A stretch of 64,000 nucleotides of DNA, from the NCBI GenBank assembly GCA_040954595.2, contig CM082578.2:18474452-18538451 (forward strand), in the 5' to 3' direction. The notes under the pieces were generated by a model that saw only the letters and a program-made list of their open reading frames with translations, was not told where the DNA came from and ran no database searches. Both the position numbers and the translations under genes were made by a program. Numbering within the stretch: the first letter of the stretch is position 1; each line of letters opens with the position of its first letter. Origin of the DNA: Balanoglossus misakiensis. Taxonomy: Eukaryota; Animalia; Hemichordata. This document shows, piece after piece, positions 18,777 to 31,773 of the stretch.

Positions 18777-21700
18777 ATGTTGCTGCCGGAAGCAACCGAC
18801 GATGAAACAACCGCTGTTTTACAGCACATATCAGGTAAGAATCTGACATAAAACTTTGAAATGAATGAGCAATAATGATCTGAATCTGAGAGGTGCACGC
18901 TCGCACGTCGTCAAGGTGCCGGTGCGGGACTGTAATCGTGAGTCAGTGGTCCGATCAGATCTCGGGAAATACGTATTTAGGAGACCTCGACAAGAAAAAA
19001 AATTCGACCTGTTGTTGAATGCATGCTGCGCCATCAAAGTGCTCGTGTATGTGCCATTGTATGACGATGGACGTAACAAACACGACAAAAGAGATATGTC
19101 ATGATGCTTGTCATTCATTGCTCTTGAAGGGGGTCATAGGTCAACTGAGCTTGAATTAGGCTAATCACCAAAATCAGTCATACACGTATTTTGGAATATG
19201 TTCATGTATAAGAGTCTCACACCCCAAGGACAAGGGATAAGATTTCTCATACGACTTGGGGATAACTTAAATGGTGTGCGTCATATTTTTTCTCTCAAAT
19301 GATCAATGCCCACAAAATGTGTTAAAATTCATATGAGAAAGTTGAATGAATTAATTGACTGCACAAGGTAAAAACGCCGTTGAAAATGCTTCCATAAAAA
19401 ATAAAGTAGCGCACTATATGGCGGGAAGCTAAGCATGATGGGATTAATCATATCAACATAGAGGGCGTACACTATGTGGCCTGTAACCAGCTAACGGTTC
19501 ATAAATTAAACAAATTTTTTACAATACTGTGCAAAATTTTACAAAATTAATTGACTGCACAAGTGTCATCTACGATGGTGTAGTGTTGTCCAGTCCATGC
19601 ACAACTACCAATATAAATCAAAGAAAACTATAGTGCAGCACTGCTGCCGGTATATGATTTCAAGTCTGTGAAAGTGTGGGGTCGTTAGTGGGATAAAAAA
19701 TGAATATTTGACAGATGTTGGTTCAAAATTGACTACAAAATTGTATGTCTATTAAAAAGCTTGATCCCAACACCTGTACACTAATGATCACTTGACTTTG
19801 CTTCAGCTCCAATATATGTCAAGGTTGAACCAGTTGGACGGTGGTACCAAGCGTATATCAGCAGACGACATCACAGAAGGACTCTGTCCAACTCAGATGA
19901 CTATTCTTCCAGTAGTTCATCCGATATCTCAGATGATGACACAGTAGACGATGAAGACGAGGCATTTCTGCACTCTCTTGATCCCAAAGAATGGAAGGTA
20001 ATGCACTCCACTCTGCAAGCTGAGACAGTATCGAATTAGCCTCTTGTAGTTAGAGTTAGCCTTAAAACACTTACCGGTATATCTTCATTTACATGTGCTA
20101 GTAGAAACAAAGCTCCATCTCTTGTGCCTGGTGAGGCTTCCTCTAACTCTAAACTGAAACAGCACTACATTATTCTGTTGTACCGTAAGTGTTTTGACAA
20201 TTACCCACACAAATATAAAGCCAGGAAATGCTGTGTTGTTAACACCATTCTATTTTTTTCAGGACCAAGATCATTACAGAGTACTGGGAATAGGAAAACT
20301 TAGATATAGAGCCACAGATGCACAGATCAAAAAAGCCCGTAGGTTTATACTTATCCCAGTTAAAGATCTTTCTCTGGGTTCAGAACATCAGCCACAAAGG
20401 GCAGTGATTTTATTATTCATAAACATTTCAACGCAGCCATATATTTTGGTATATTGCTAGTGTATTATTAACATTTTAAGAGTTTAAGTGTCACATTGGT
20501 ATCCCATCCTATGGTGCACACATTGTTGTAACTTGTATGCAACATTATTGGCTGTTAATATTTAGAGAAAAAAAAAATATTTTCCATTGATATACCCTAT
20601 ATGCAAACATGGGCAAGGTATAAACATCAGAGAAAAAACAGAGACCTCAGAGAAATGCTCTATTAATGTTTGAACAGATAAAAAGAAAGTTTTGAAACAC
20701 CATCCTGATAAGAGGAAAGGAAGTGCTGAACCACGGAAGGAGGGAGATGATGATTACTTTTCTTGCATCACAAAAGGTGAGCATCTTCTGTGTTATCTAC
20801 AATTGTCCCAGGTGTGTGACTTCAAGAAAGGTGGGTTTTCTTGACAACAGTCCTAACTCGAGGTGACGAAGGGAGTCATCAACTGATCAGTCAGGTTTGG
20901 TCACAGAAGGAAAAGCATTGATGATGTGCAGCAGTAGATGTACAACTGCAGGGTTCTCCCCACACTGGTCGGAGGTTGTCAGCCTGACGAGCACTCAAGC
21001 GAAAAAAGCAAGCAAACAAAGGCTGCCAGCAGGCACAATTGTTTACTCAATCCAATCTATTGTCTCATTTTGATACATTGATGAATGGGTTTGACATGCA
21101 AGAGATGTGAATTTTAATAAATATGAATATTAATGAGCTTGAATATTAATGAGTAGCCAGTACTCAAGTAAAGCTGGGGAGAATCTCATTGCAAAATCCA
21201 TCTGCCTTCCACTAACATTTCTTTGTTAATTTTTCTTGACCAGCCATAGAAATTCTTGGCAACCCACAGAAGAGGAGAGCCTATGACAGTGTTGATCCAG
21301 AGTTTGATGATTCCATACCCCCGGTGAATCAAGAGTCAAAAGACAACTTTTTTACAGTTTTCTCCCCAATATTTGAACAGAATTCAAGGTAAAGTTTTTA
21401 TTGGCAATAATGACACCCACTCAAGAGAGAATCGTAATGGTTTGATGTCATACATTTGTATCACTAATGTGTAATAAAAAATGTGGAATGCAGTGACATG
21501 TTTATCCAAGCAGACTTTTGTTGAACTGGATACTTCCATGAAGTGTGGTCACAACAAAAAACACAGTTTTTTGATGTGTTGAGATACAAGATTTTAAATG
21601 TTTAAATATGTGATTGTATTTCAGGTGGTCCAACAAGAAACCTGTGCCTAAACTGGGAGATAAAGACTCAAACAGAGAAGATGTCATGGATTTCTACGGT

Positions 21701-24700
21701 TTCTGGTGAGAATGGTTAATTCAATGATAATGAAAACTAGTCAAAATTTGGGGCTGTTATTACATTGTTCCCAAACGGGACAGAACTCATGAACAGGAGT
21801 TTACAAATATATGAGGAGCACCTAAGGCTTTCACTCTGTGGTAGGAAATATTGAAATGACATGTTGTAGACGGTAGTCATTTCAAGTTCAATAATATGAA
21901 AGAACTCCATAATGCAAAAAGTATGAAGATGATATTCTGTATGGGAGCAGCAAACACAATGAAAAGCTCAATGGATATGATTTGACTCATCTTAAAGGGT
22001 GCACTCTGCCATAATAAACTTTAAAACTCCCATTCCATCATTCCATATCTATTCACACCTTCATCGCTTTGTGTGAATTCTTCAGGTATGAGTTTGATTC
22101 ATGGCGGGAGTATTCTTACCAAGACGAGGAGGAGAAAGAGAAAGGACAGGACAGAGATGAGAGAAAGTGGATTGAAAAACAGAATAAAGTTGTCCGTCAG
22201 AAGAAGAAAAAAGAGGAAATGGCCAGAATAAGACAGCTTGTTGGTAAATATACAACCATTACATTCAATCCAAATGTTCTGCAAAGTTTGCATTTGACCA
22301 ATTCAAACAGTAGCCATATATAAAATAAGACTTTAGTTCATCCCTTCTTTTCACTCAATTTGTTGTCGTTTTCCAATCTCCAACACAGACTATGGTCCCC
22401 GCCATCTTGTCTGTTGTTAGGGCAGCACCTGCCCTGCTCCATGTCCCCCTTTAAGGTAGCCTGACCCCTGTATTGTTTGTTTTTCCTATGAGCACAGATA
22501 ATGCCTATGCATGCGACTTTAGAATTAAACAATTCAAAGAGAATGAAAAAAAGAAGAAAGAGGAGGAAAAGAGGGCGAAGCAGGAGGCAGCAAGACTAGC
22601 GGCCGAGGAGAAAGAAAAGGTTAGTTTTTAAAAAGAAATGAAGGGCAGCAGAGCTACATAATTATGTACCTTGTATATCGTAATCCAGTTTGGAAAATGC
22701 AAATTGTGTTTGTCTTATGTCACTGAAATGTTTGTATATCACAAGTTAACAGAGGAACTTACATTTATGGTTACATGACCATAGCAGTCTTGAACTGCAC
22801 ACACGTCAAGCAGGTGCTTTCTGTCTTGGCAGACATTTGTCTTCACATTTAGCTAAAATGTAAAAATAGATAATGTGAGGTTTACATGTGTATTCAGTAG
22901 TTAAGTGGTGAATGTTTCAATGACTTACAGGAGAGGCTGGCAGCTCTAGAAGCCGAGAGACTTGCCAAGCAAAAGGAAGAGGAAGAAGCAAAGGCCAAGG
23001 TAAATCAGAATTCACGACACTCGGTGCTTTTGAGATGTGTACTGTACTGTGATTGGTCGGTTTTTCGTACCTCAGCATTCAATGAAAGCACAGCTCAGCC
23101 AATGACAACCTCTGTGACACTGTTGAATTGTATTGCAGGCACAGGCTCAGAAGAAAGAGAAGGAAGCCCTGAAGAAGGCACTGAAGAAGGAAAGGAAACT
23201 GTTGCGAGAGACATGCAAGGTATCAGATCAGATCACCTCTTGGTTGCAAGACGAGTGTAAAGGCTCAGTATGTGAATAAAATCTAACAGTTTGCTGTGCA
23301 GTAGAAACAAATATCAGGCTAACCTGCACACTGCAGTGTGGGTGTAGACTTGTCCACCAAATGTCACCTAGTCCAAGAATTCTTCCTGACACTCTTTTTT
23401 TTACATTCCCAGAAATACAACTATTTTACAACTGATGAGGCAGAAGCTGTCCGGCAGATGCAGGAAGTAGAAAAGATCTGTGAAAAGCTGGACCTGGTCA
23501 AGTAAGTGGTGCACTGGCACAAGTCAAGGACAGTCATGCCACATTGCAGTTTTTTCCTGTGGTGTACACAGGTATTATAATGCCTGGAGCAGTGGAATAT
23601 GTGCATGTCTGATGGTTTTATGTCAGCCTCAGGGTTTAACAAACAATGGATGTGGACTGAACCATGGTGGTGAAAGGGTTCAATCTAGACAGCACATTCA
23701 TGTCACTGAATCCAGGCTGTTGCCCTTGACAAAACTAAGTGACAATGGCTTCTTGTGGGGAGGGGGGGCAAATGCTGTGGTGAAAGTGTGTTGATGCCTT
23801 CTCCCATGGCAGCTGCCAGAACAGTGCAGTGTCGTTCGATCGGAAGATCTGGTTTGAACCAGTTTGACATTTTTGTTCGGTTTGCTTTCAGTCTACAAGA
23901 ATTCAATGCAGAGTTACAGAGATCCGAGGAAGACACCAAAAAGGCATACTTCGCCAGGGTGAGACATCGCTGATATATTTGATTGGTTTTACTACATTTT
24001 TCTCTCTTTTATAGTACATTGAACTCATGGACATATTAGGTGAACAAATTGGCTACCAATTTCATTGTTTCTGTTTTCACTTGTGTGGAAAAATTATCTT
24101 CTCTCTGACTATTGCATTTTCAAGGTGGAAGATGTCAACAGACAAATCGAAAAGGAGAAACAAGAAATGTTGCAAACCAAGAAAGGGTCGTCATCCGGAG
24201 GTGGGAATCAGGCATCAAAACAATGGTCGGATGAAGATCTCCAACTTCTAATCAAGGCTGTCAATCTTTTCCCAGCAGGAACAGTGTCTAGGTACAGTCA
24301 TCTGTTGTGCATTTTAACGACCGACTCAAAAAATCTTACCTCCATTGACCCTAGTAAACAACCAGCTACATGTACATGTAGGTAAAATTTGTCGTGACTG
24401 ATTTCAGCTTTCTGTCCGTGTTTCATGCACAGGTGGGAGGTCACCGCAAATTTCGTCAATCAACATTCAACAACAGGCATCCGACGCAATGCCAAAGATG
24501 TCATCAGCAAAGCAAAAAATTTACAAAAATTAGGTGGGTGCAGGATAACAAAGTTTATAACCTCATAACCATCCTGTTGTTTGCAGTGCTGTGGGGTTGA
24601 AGAGGTTGGAGATGTGTTGCATGTAATTCTACTTGACATGTTGACTCTGAGTTATGTCTCTTGTTTTGCACTGATACCAGTATGCTTCTACATGGTCTAT

Positions 24701-25869
24701 GTTAGTATTGTGAATGTCAGTTTTCCATGAAAAAGTTTACTTATTATGCCAGAATCTCGAGTTCCAGATTTCTTCTTCTTCCGCTGCTCTCAACAGATCC
24801 ATCATTGAAAGATGATGCCAACAAGAAAGCATTTGACAAGTTTGAACAATCCAAAGCTAAAAAAGACGCGGCAGTTGATGTAGCGGAACCCTCAACTAGA
24901 TTCAACGGTAAGTGTGTGTATCCGGTGTATGGTACATCCATTTTCTATTCCAGATTTGGCATTTGTCCTTTGATTGCTACATTTAACACATATTTATATG
25001 TAGAATACAGTGATTGTGGCAGAGAATTAACCTTAGGCAGTTTATCTGGAGCAAAAAATCCGGTAGCCTGATTAAGTATGTACAGCTGACTGCTATGGTT
25101 GTAAGATACAACCAGGAAGGACGTATGCTTATATTATAGCAGATTTGACATGGGCGCATCATAGATGTCATTGCAACCTTTAATAGCCTATGATTGGTTG
25201 TTTGACCAGGTGGGGCGGGAGCTGCCAGTGCAGCGGAGGCACAACCATGGACCAGCGAGGAGCAGAAAGCCCTGGAACAAGGCATCAAAACATTTGGCGC
25301 CAACACGCCAGACAGATGGGACAGAATAGCTGAAGCTGTACCAACTAGAACAAAGAAAGAATGCATGAAAAGATACAAGGTATGAAACTGAATGAACAGG
25401 GCATTTTTAGGAATTTCAAAACAGTTCATATTTTAGAGCTGGTGAACAAAGATACTTGCACAGGCAGTATTACGGTAAGAATAGGTAGTCACTAAAGCTA
25501 AACCAACACAAGTTCCAAATTTGACTCAAAGTGTTCTTCATCATATTGTTTTCTGATTGGATGTATTTTTAAGATGCCAAAGAGTGTAAACAGTTTTCCA
25601 GGCTTGTCAAAAACGACACATTTAACATTAGAAACTCGGGATGCAATGCACCTTTTTCATCTTTGCTTTGGCTAGCGCATGGCCACCATTTTGTTCGGTT
25701 GTTTTCTATCTGTGCTGTACGTTAGATCACAGACACTGCTGAAGTGAGAGAGCTGAGCTTTGTATTACAAGCAATTGTTTTCTCTTTTTTTGTTTTCCAG
25801 GATTTGGTTGAGATGGTGAAAGCAAAGAAGGCAGCACAGGCGCATGCTGCCAAGACCAAAAAGAGTTAA
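18777..25869 (+). CDS. DNAJC2: DnaJ homolog subfamily C member 2 (MPP11/zuotin-related; J domain plus two SANT/Myb domains)
   Basis: 17 exons: 18777-18834, 19807-19997, 20263-20338, 20678-20776, 21244-21388, 21625-21705, 22086-22243, 22498-22619, 22931-22999, 23139-23219, 23413-23501, 23892-23958, 24125-24291, 24433-24533, 24797-24907, 25210-25379, 25801-25869. Motifs: LDPKEWK|[56 protein letters not shown]...[23 protein letters not shown]. Confidence 0.95.
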
Positions 25870-26259
25870 CAACAGTACAGCCCACTTAGCTTAGTGTGTT
25901 TTAGTATAAATTATAAAAACGCTTGTTTCTAGGTTGCCTGCTGTAGAAATGCCCATCACATTAATCAGCAAATTGCAGTACTTTGTGACATTGATTTTGT
26001 AATGTATTTCAATTGACATTTGTAAGTTTGTCATTTTGTTGCGAACAATATCTATGTAAAACAGCAATTATCAGTTATCTATCAATACACTTTGATTGTA
26101 TAGTGGAAGTTCTGGCTGGTTGACTTTTTCTGAGAAAAGGTGAATGTCATCAGTATATTGTGTACTGCAAGAAATACCTGGACAATAAAACCAAGAGTGT
26201 GAATTTCAGTACTCATCCAGGAAATTATTGCGAGCGAGCTTTCCCATTGATACAGCGCC

Positions 26260-26761
26260 CTCATCGCCGTGTGTGGCGTGTGACAACTACATCTCCCGAG
26301 CGACGTCGACGGTACGTACGGTACGTGGTCGGACGTTGTCCTAAAGCACAACACGGGCTATAAAATTAATTTGCCCCTAAATTATGGGCGCTTCTGTTAA
26401 TTGCGTAAATTTCTATTATAATTTATCGAATACCTCGACATCCTAAATATACCTTGCAACTCCAAACGTGGTGGTAACTGGTTTGAACTTCGACATGAAA
26501 TGATGAATGACGTCGTCTGCTGCAACACGGAAGTGAAACGCGTAAATCTATTTCCATTTTCGTTCTGTCAGTTTCCAGGTATATAAACAAAGAGTTTGGT
26601 GACCCTTGGTCGGAGTGGCACTTCTGACCTCGGGTGTAGTCTGGATTTTCGAATTCCATTGTTCATAGAGCCTGTATTTTCTGTCCAAGACAACCTGACG
26701 TGTTTGCTTGCCTGCAGTTCCAATATTCGCAATCTGACTTCATATTTTGGGCACTGAGGTC
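26260..26761 (+). promoter_or_regulatory. Putative ARH-B promoter (CpG-rich; ACTACAnnnCCCR motif at 26286-26298; CGGAAGTG at 26528-26535)
   Basis: A CpG cluster and the motif matches lie upstream of the ATG at 26762. Confidence 0.4.
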
Positions 26762-29700
26762 ATGGCGGCTGCTTCATTGAAGCCCTCGGCTAGTGAGGAA
26801 TTGCCCATGGATCGTATATTGGGTACGATTTTCGGAAACTGTGTGGGCGATGCTATAGGTCTACTCACAGAATTTATGAACAAGGAAGAAGCAAACGGCG
26901 TAAGTGAAACCAATGGCGATACCACGGTTACTAGAAGAAGTAACCGTGGCGATACTGAACATGTCAATTTCTTGTAGGAAACTGTGTACCGGGGTACATG
27001 TATAATTCCCCTGGTAACCCGGGACTCGTCCCTGCATTCGCTTAATGTTACCACCAATCGCCCAACAGGAGACCTGTGACATTTGCTCAGGCCATTTTAA
27101 AGTTCCTGTATATTAGTATGTACCCATATGGGGTGCCAGTGGACCGGAGTCGCATTGTGGAGGATATATATTTATATGGCTATAGAAATATTTGTCAAAT
27201 ATATGTTGTACACTGCACTTCAACTTGATTGAAGTTTTGAAGCATCCATCAAGTCGAGGTTGAAAAAAAAATTTCTCCCTCAACAGTGCCTGAATTGGTC
27301 CATCCCTTATAGAGTTTACACTTTGTATTTTAGCTGCAGCTTAGGAGATACCCGGTAATCATTTGATTTTTTGAGTGTTCAAAGATACAAGGTTACTTCC
27401 ATCGCCATGTTTATGTCTAGGCCAATAATTAAATTATGAAAGTAAAGTCGAGATATCTCACCTGAAGTTTTGATTTTATTTGTATATCTCGGAAATCTAA
27501 TTTCTGAGATGTATGACTAGAACCATGTTGTGGAAAACATATTTCAATGAGGTACACACAAGCCCCAGGAAAAATAACTGTTGTATCCTGTTACATTTTA
27601 TTTATAGTGGTTTGGTGAATATGAAGAGTTAGAGTTTGTCCACAAAGATGATCTTGATATTCCGGGTGTGATGCGGCATCAAAGTCGTTGGAAAACAGGT
27701 GACTGGACCGATGATAGCGATCAAATGATATTAATATTGCAATCAATTCTTGATAAAAAGGGAAAGGTGAGTTGATCTCGCTCTCCTCCATACTTATCAT
27801 TTTTCTTCCATTTGCAATTTCCTACTGCCATCCAAGCCAGCATACATACGTGCTGGCATTGAATGCAGTGTGGTTGTATAGGGAAAATGGTTTTGTTATT
27901 CTAGGTATAAGCGTATCATGCTTGCTGTCAGTTAAGAATTATACCACAAGAATCTGTGTGTCATCATTGGCATTTTGGGGTCTAAGTGGTTTCACATGCG
28001 GCTACAAAAGACTTTTTATGTCTGACTTGAAATCAAGGGTGTAGACAAAGAATTCATAGTTCCATCATATGTTGAACTTCTTTGTTATGGCCAGGAAGTA
28101 CATTTACACATGAAATTATCTTTGAAAACTTTTAATTGCTATTCAATCAGTTTGACACTGTCTAATACAATGCAGGTTGTTGCAGTGGATTTTGCCAAGA
28201 AGATGCATGAGTGGGCAATGCGTGGGTTTCCTGAACTAGGAGACCAAGGGGGCCTTGGTATCGGCATGACAACATATCGAGTACTCACTGATGGAAGGTT
28301 TCACAGCCACCCACATTTGGTGAGTGTGAATTGGCTCCCAATGATAATTATAATCTGGGAATGCTGTGAGTTGCAATGGCATGAGATGCAGCCCAGTGTG
28401 CACAGATGACTGAAAGAACAACAATATGGACCATATGAGAAGAAATTACTGCCATTACAGATGGTAGCTGTGTGTGATGCACCACTTTCATGTCTTCTTT
28501 TATGAATGAAAAGGCTAATTTTTCCACTTTCACTTTATGTGATACAATTCGTAATACATAATTATAACGATTGATGATGATGGTGGTGATATATCCTGCA
28601 CGTAGCCACGCAAATTTTATTCAAACAATATATTTTTCTTATTTTGTTTCGATCAAAACTGAAAAAAACCAACTGATTGTGCTCTTTGCTGTTGCAGGCC
28701 GCAAAACAGGTTTGGGAAGACAGCGGTAAATTCCTAGCACCAAATGGCGCTGTCATGAGAACCTCAATCCTGGGAATTCACCGGTACAAGGATATAGAGA
28801 AAGTCATTGCAAATACTCTTGAAATTTGCAGGACAACTCATGCTGACCCAAGGTAATTGTCACCATTTTGAACCTGCACAATAAAGCACACAGGGTCGAG
28901 TTATGCACAAACACTTCTACACTTGCTGTTTTTTGGGGTGATCAAAAATAATTAAATTTATATTAGAAAAAATAGTAATTATCAGCAAACACAGCGGCTT
29001 TTTAGGCCCTATAATTATCTCCTGATCCTTGTGTGCAACCAGATTTTTATTGAATAGGCTGCATGTCAAAGATACATTGTACATCATGCATTTTTGGTGG
29101 AAACACTTAACCTTTTAACCCCCAGTTCCCTCTTCAGAGGTCCAACCTTACCATAGAAACAATGGGTTTGGCCTGAACCATGGTGGTGAAAGATTTAACA
29201 TACAGTATATGTTATGCAGCTCTCAGACAAAGAATAATCTATAACTTGGCTTATTTCAGATGTGCAGCCTCATGTGTTGCTGTGACGACAGCAATTGCTA
29301 TGATGTTGGAAAGTAACGACCGAATAAATATAGATGACATTGTGAAAAAAAGTTACGCTCACGCCAAGAAACAGCTTAAAGGGAAAGACGAGGTATGAGT
29401 TTTATTCCAGTGATGAGTGATGACTGAATCAAAGCATTTCTGTCAATTACAGTATACTTGTACATGTAGTTTTGTTGTCATGGCCAAAAAAAACTTTCTG
29501 GGGCCAGCAGTGTTTTGTAGAAAGTTAAAAATAAGAAAAATGATTATGTCAGATGAAAATATGTTAAGTGTTTACACTATTCTGAAGTGACCAAGTTTTT
29601 AATACTTATTAAGATCATTTGAGAAATTGTTTTGCAAAAAGTCTGTAGCACTGATTTGGGACATTTCCTGTAATGAATTTGCATTTGCTCCAGGTATTTT

Positions 29701-31773
29701 TGAAATGTTATTACGTTTTTGTTCAAAAGCAAGAATTTTACATGCTTCAAGAACACCAAATGTTCACATTAGCCTGCTGAAATACAGCCATACATAATAT
29801 TTTCCATTTGTTTGAAAAATAGTACACTGCAAGTAACTAAGATCTTGTGGTCAGAAAAACTCAGGGTTACCAAAAGGCTTATAATTATATTTTGAAAAAT
29901 GCTATTATGAGTCTGAAGCCTATTAAGCAATTATTTTTATTTCATTCTATGCAAACTTTCAGAAGAAGGAATTGAAAAATTACATGGAGATTGGAGAATT
30001 AAAGGATTTGAAGCTTGACGAAAACGGCAAGATTGGTTATACTTACAAATGTCTAGGTGCAGCGTTTTGGGCTCTGCGACAAGATGATTTCAGAAAAGCT
30101 CTAACTGAAATAGTCAGAGAGGTAAGCATTGCTTTGATTTCTGTGCAGACAAGGGAGTCCTCCTTGTCCTGCATTTGCACTAACTGGCTTGGATATTTTA
30201 TGAGTATCACCCCAAGTACAACCCCCCCCCCCACCCCACCCCACCATGCAGGACTTTGCATAGGATATGGCTCATTATTTACCAAGTCAGATTATAACCC
30301 TTTTGCATCCTGACACTCTGGTGTGACATATTTGACAAATTTGCTTCTGTGTCGACGTTCAAACGGTTGATATATTGAATCTGCTTGATCATTTTATCCA
30401 TTCTGGTAAAATTACAGGCAGGGGATGCAGACACCAATGGAGCTGTAGCTGGCGCACTACTGGGATGCAAACTGGGATATAACAAATTGCCTCCATCCTG
30501 GAGAGATAAGCTTCTCCATAGAAAATGGCTGCAACTCAAAATAGAGAAGTACGTTTTGGGATGCTATTCAGATTTCACATTTCAGCAATGTAGTCTTGCA
30601 GCACAATTTGATAGGCTGGATTTTCTAAAATACACATTTATAATGATGTGAGTACCTGGGCAATAATAGACTAGTGTATTATTGATACTTTTTAAACGGT
30701 ATTGTTTACTAAAAGTAGTGTGTGCCCATGAAGTAAACTGTCTTGTATTGCTGATCATCAACGCATACCAGTACACAGAAATATGAAGATGCTGACACTG
30801 ACTGTGTCTACTGTGTAATGCGAAGTAAGGCAAAAAAGTTTTAATTCACAGAAATGTTTAAATTCACAGGTTTTGTGAGCTCTCGTTTCCAGGGTTTGTT
30901 CAACATTTGCCATGGGCTGAAGATGAAATGGATGCAGGCGAAACAAAAAAGAAAAAGAAAAAAGGTAAGGGACGGCCAGGTACCGCCGAGGCTGATGGTA
31001 AGTCGGAAACACTTATCAGTGCTAATGAAGATGCTACAGGTGTGGAAGACAAAGACAGGGCAGATGAGGGAAGAGTTGAAGAGGTTAAAAGTGCCACAGT
31101 GAAGAGTCACGATGCAGAAGTTGTTGGTATGGAAACAGGTGTAGGAGATAATGAGGGGCATGGAAGGAGAGAAGCTGAATATGTAGAGGCGGCCGGTGAG
31201 ACAGCTCATGTAGCAGCGGGAGAGAGCTGTATGGATGTAAAGGAGGGTGACAAACTAGAAGAGGGTGGTTCTGAAGAGGAGAAGGCAGAAATCAAAAAGG
31301 TCATTCCCGAGGGAGCTCCGACTAGTCCTGTTAAACCTGAAGCTGACGAAACAGATGAACCCATGGAAGTTGACGAGACACCAGACAGCAAATATGCAGG
31401 GAGCGGTGGGGAGGAGAAGGAGGAGGCGGGAGGGGACAGGCAAGATGTGGCGAGTGCAGCTGAGACCGCTCCAAACGTGAAAGACGCAGAGGACGTCCAT
31501 GAGACAGAAGGCAAGAAAGATGAAGAGCATAGTGGCTCGGCCGGAGGAAGTGAAACACCAAAAGAGGGTAGGGTAGAGAAGACGGGAGAGGGTAGTGTCA
31601 GTACCGGCAGCAGACAAGATGATGGCACAGCGGAAAAGGAAAAGGAGGAGCCAAGTTCAAGCAGCCCCTCACGCGTCCAGCCTGTGGTTGATAGCACTGA
31701 GCAGCCAGATGTGAATGGTGGCCAAAATCCTACGGAGGTTACCATGACACCCAGCAATGATGCCAAGGATTAG
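26762..31773 (+). CDS. ADP-ribosylglycohydrolase paralogue B, ~640 aa, with a long acidic low-complexity C-terminal tail
   Basis: Exons 26762-26899, 27608-27766, 28176-28319, 28698-28852, 29260-29392, 29963-30121, 30418-30548 and 30870-31773 (1923 nt, in frame). Motifs: GNCVGDAIG, GDWTDDSDQ, APNGAVMR, THADPRC, AGDADTNGAVAGALLG. Confidence 0.9.
29107..29198. mobile_element. Short dispersed TTAA-bounded MITE-like repeat, with related copies at ~4379-4463 and ~23641-23683
   Basis: All three sites share the core aa(a)caatgg..tgg.c.gaaccatggtggtgaaag. This copy reads ttaaccttt...aaagatttaa. Confidence 0.45.

Noticed and set aside
20950-21187. Possible hAT-like MITE (cagggttctcccca...tggggagaatctc)
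   Set aside because: The TIR is short and imperfect and there is no TSD, so support is insufficient.
31206-31766. 186-aa Ser-rich antisense ORF
   Set aside because: It is the shadow of the purine-rich ARH-B tail exon.
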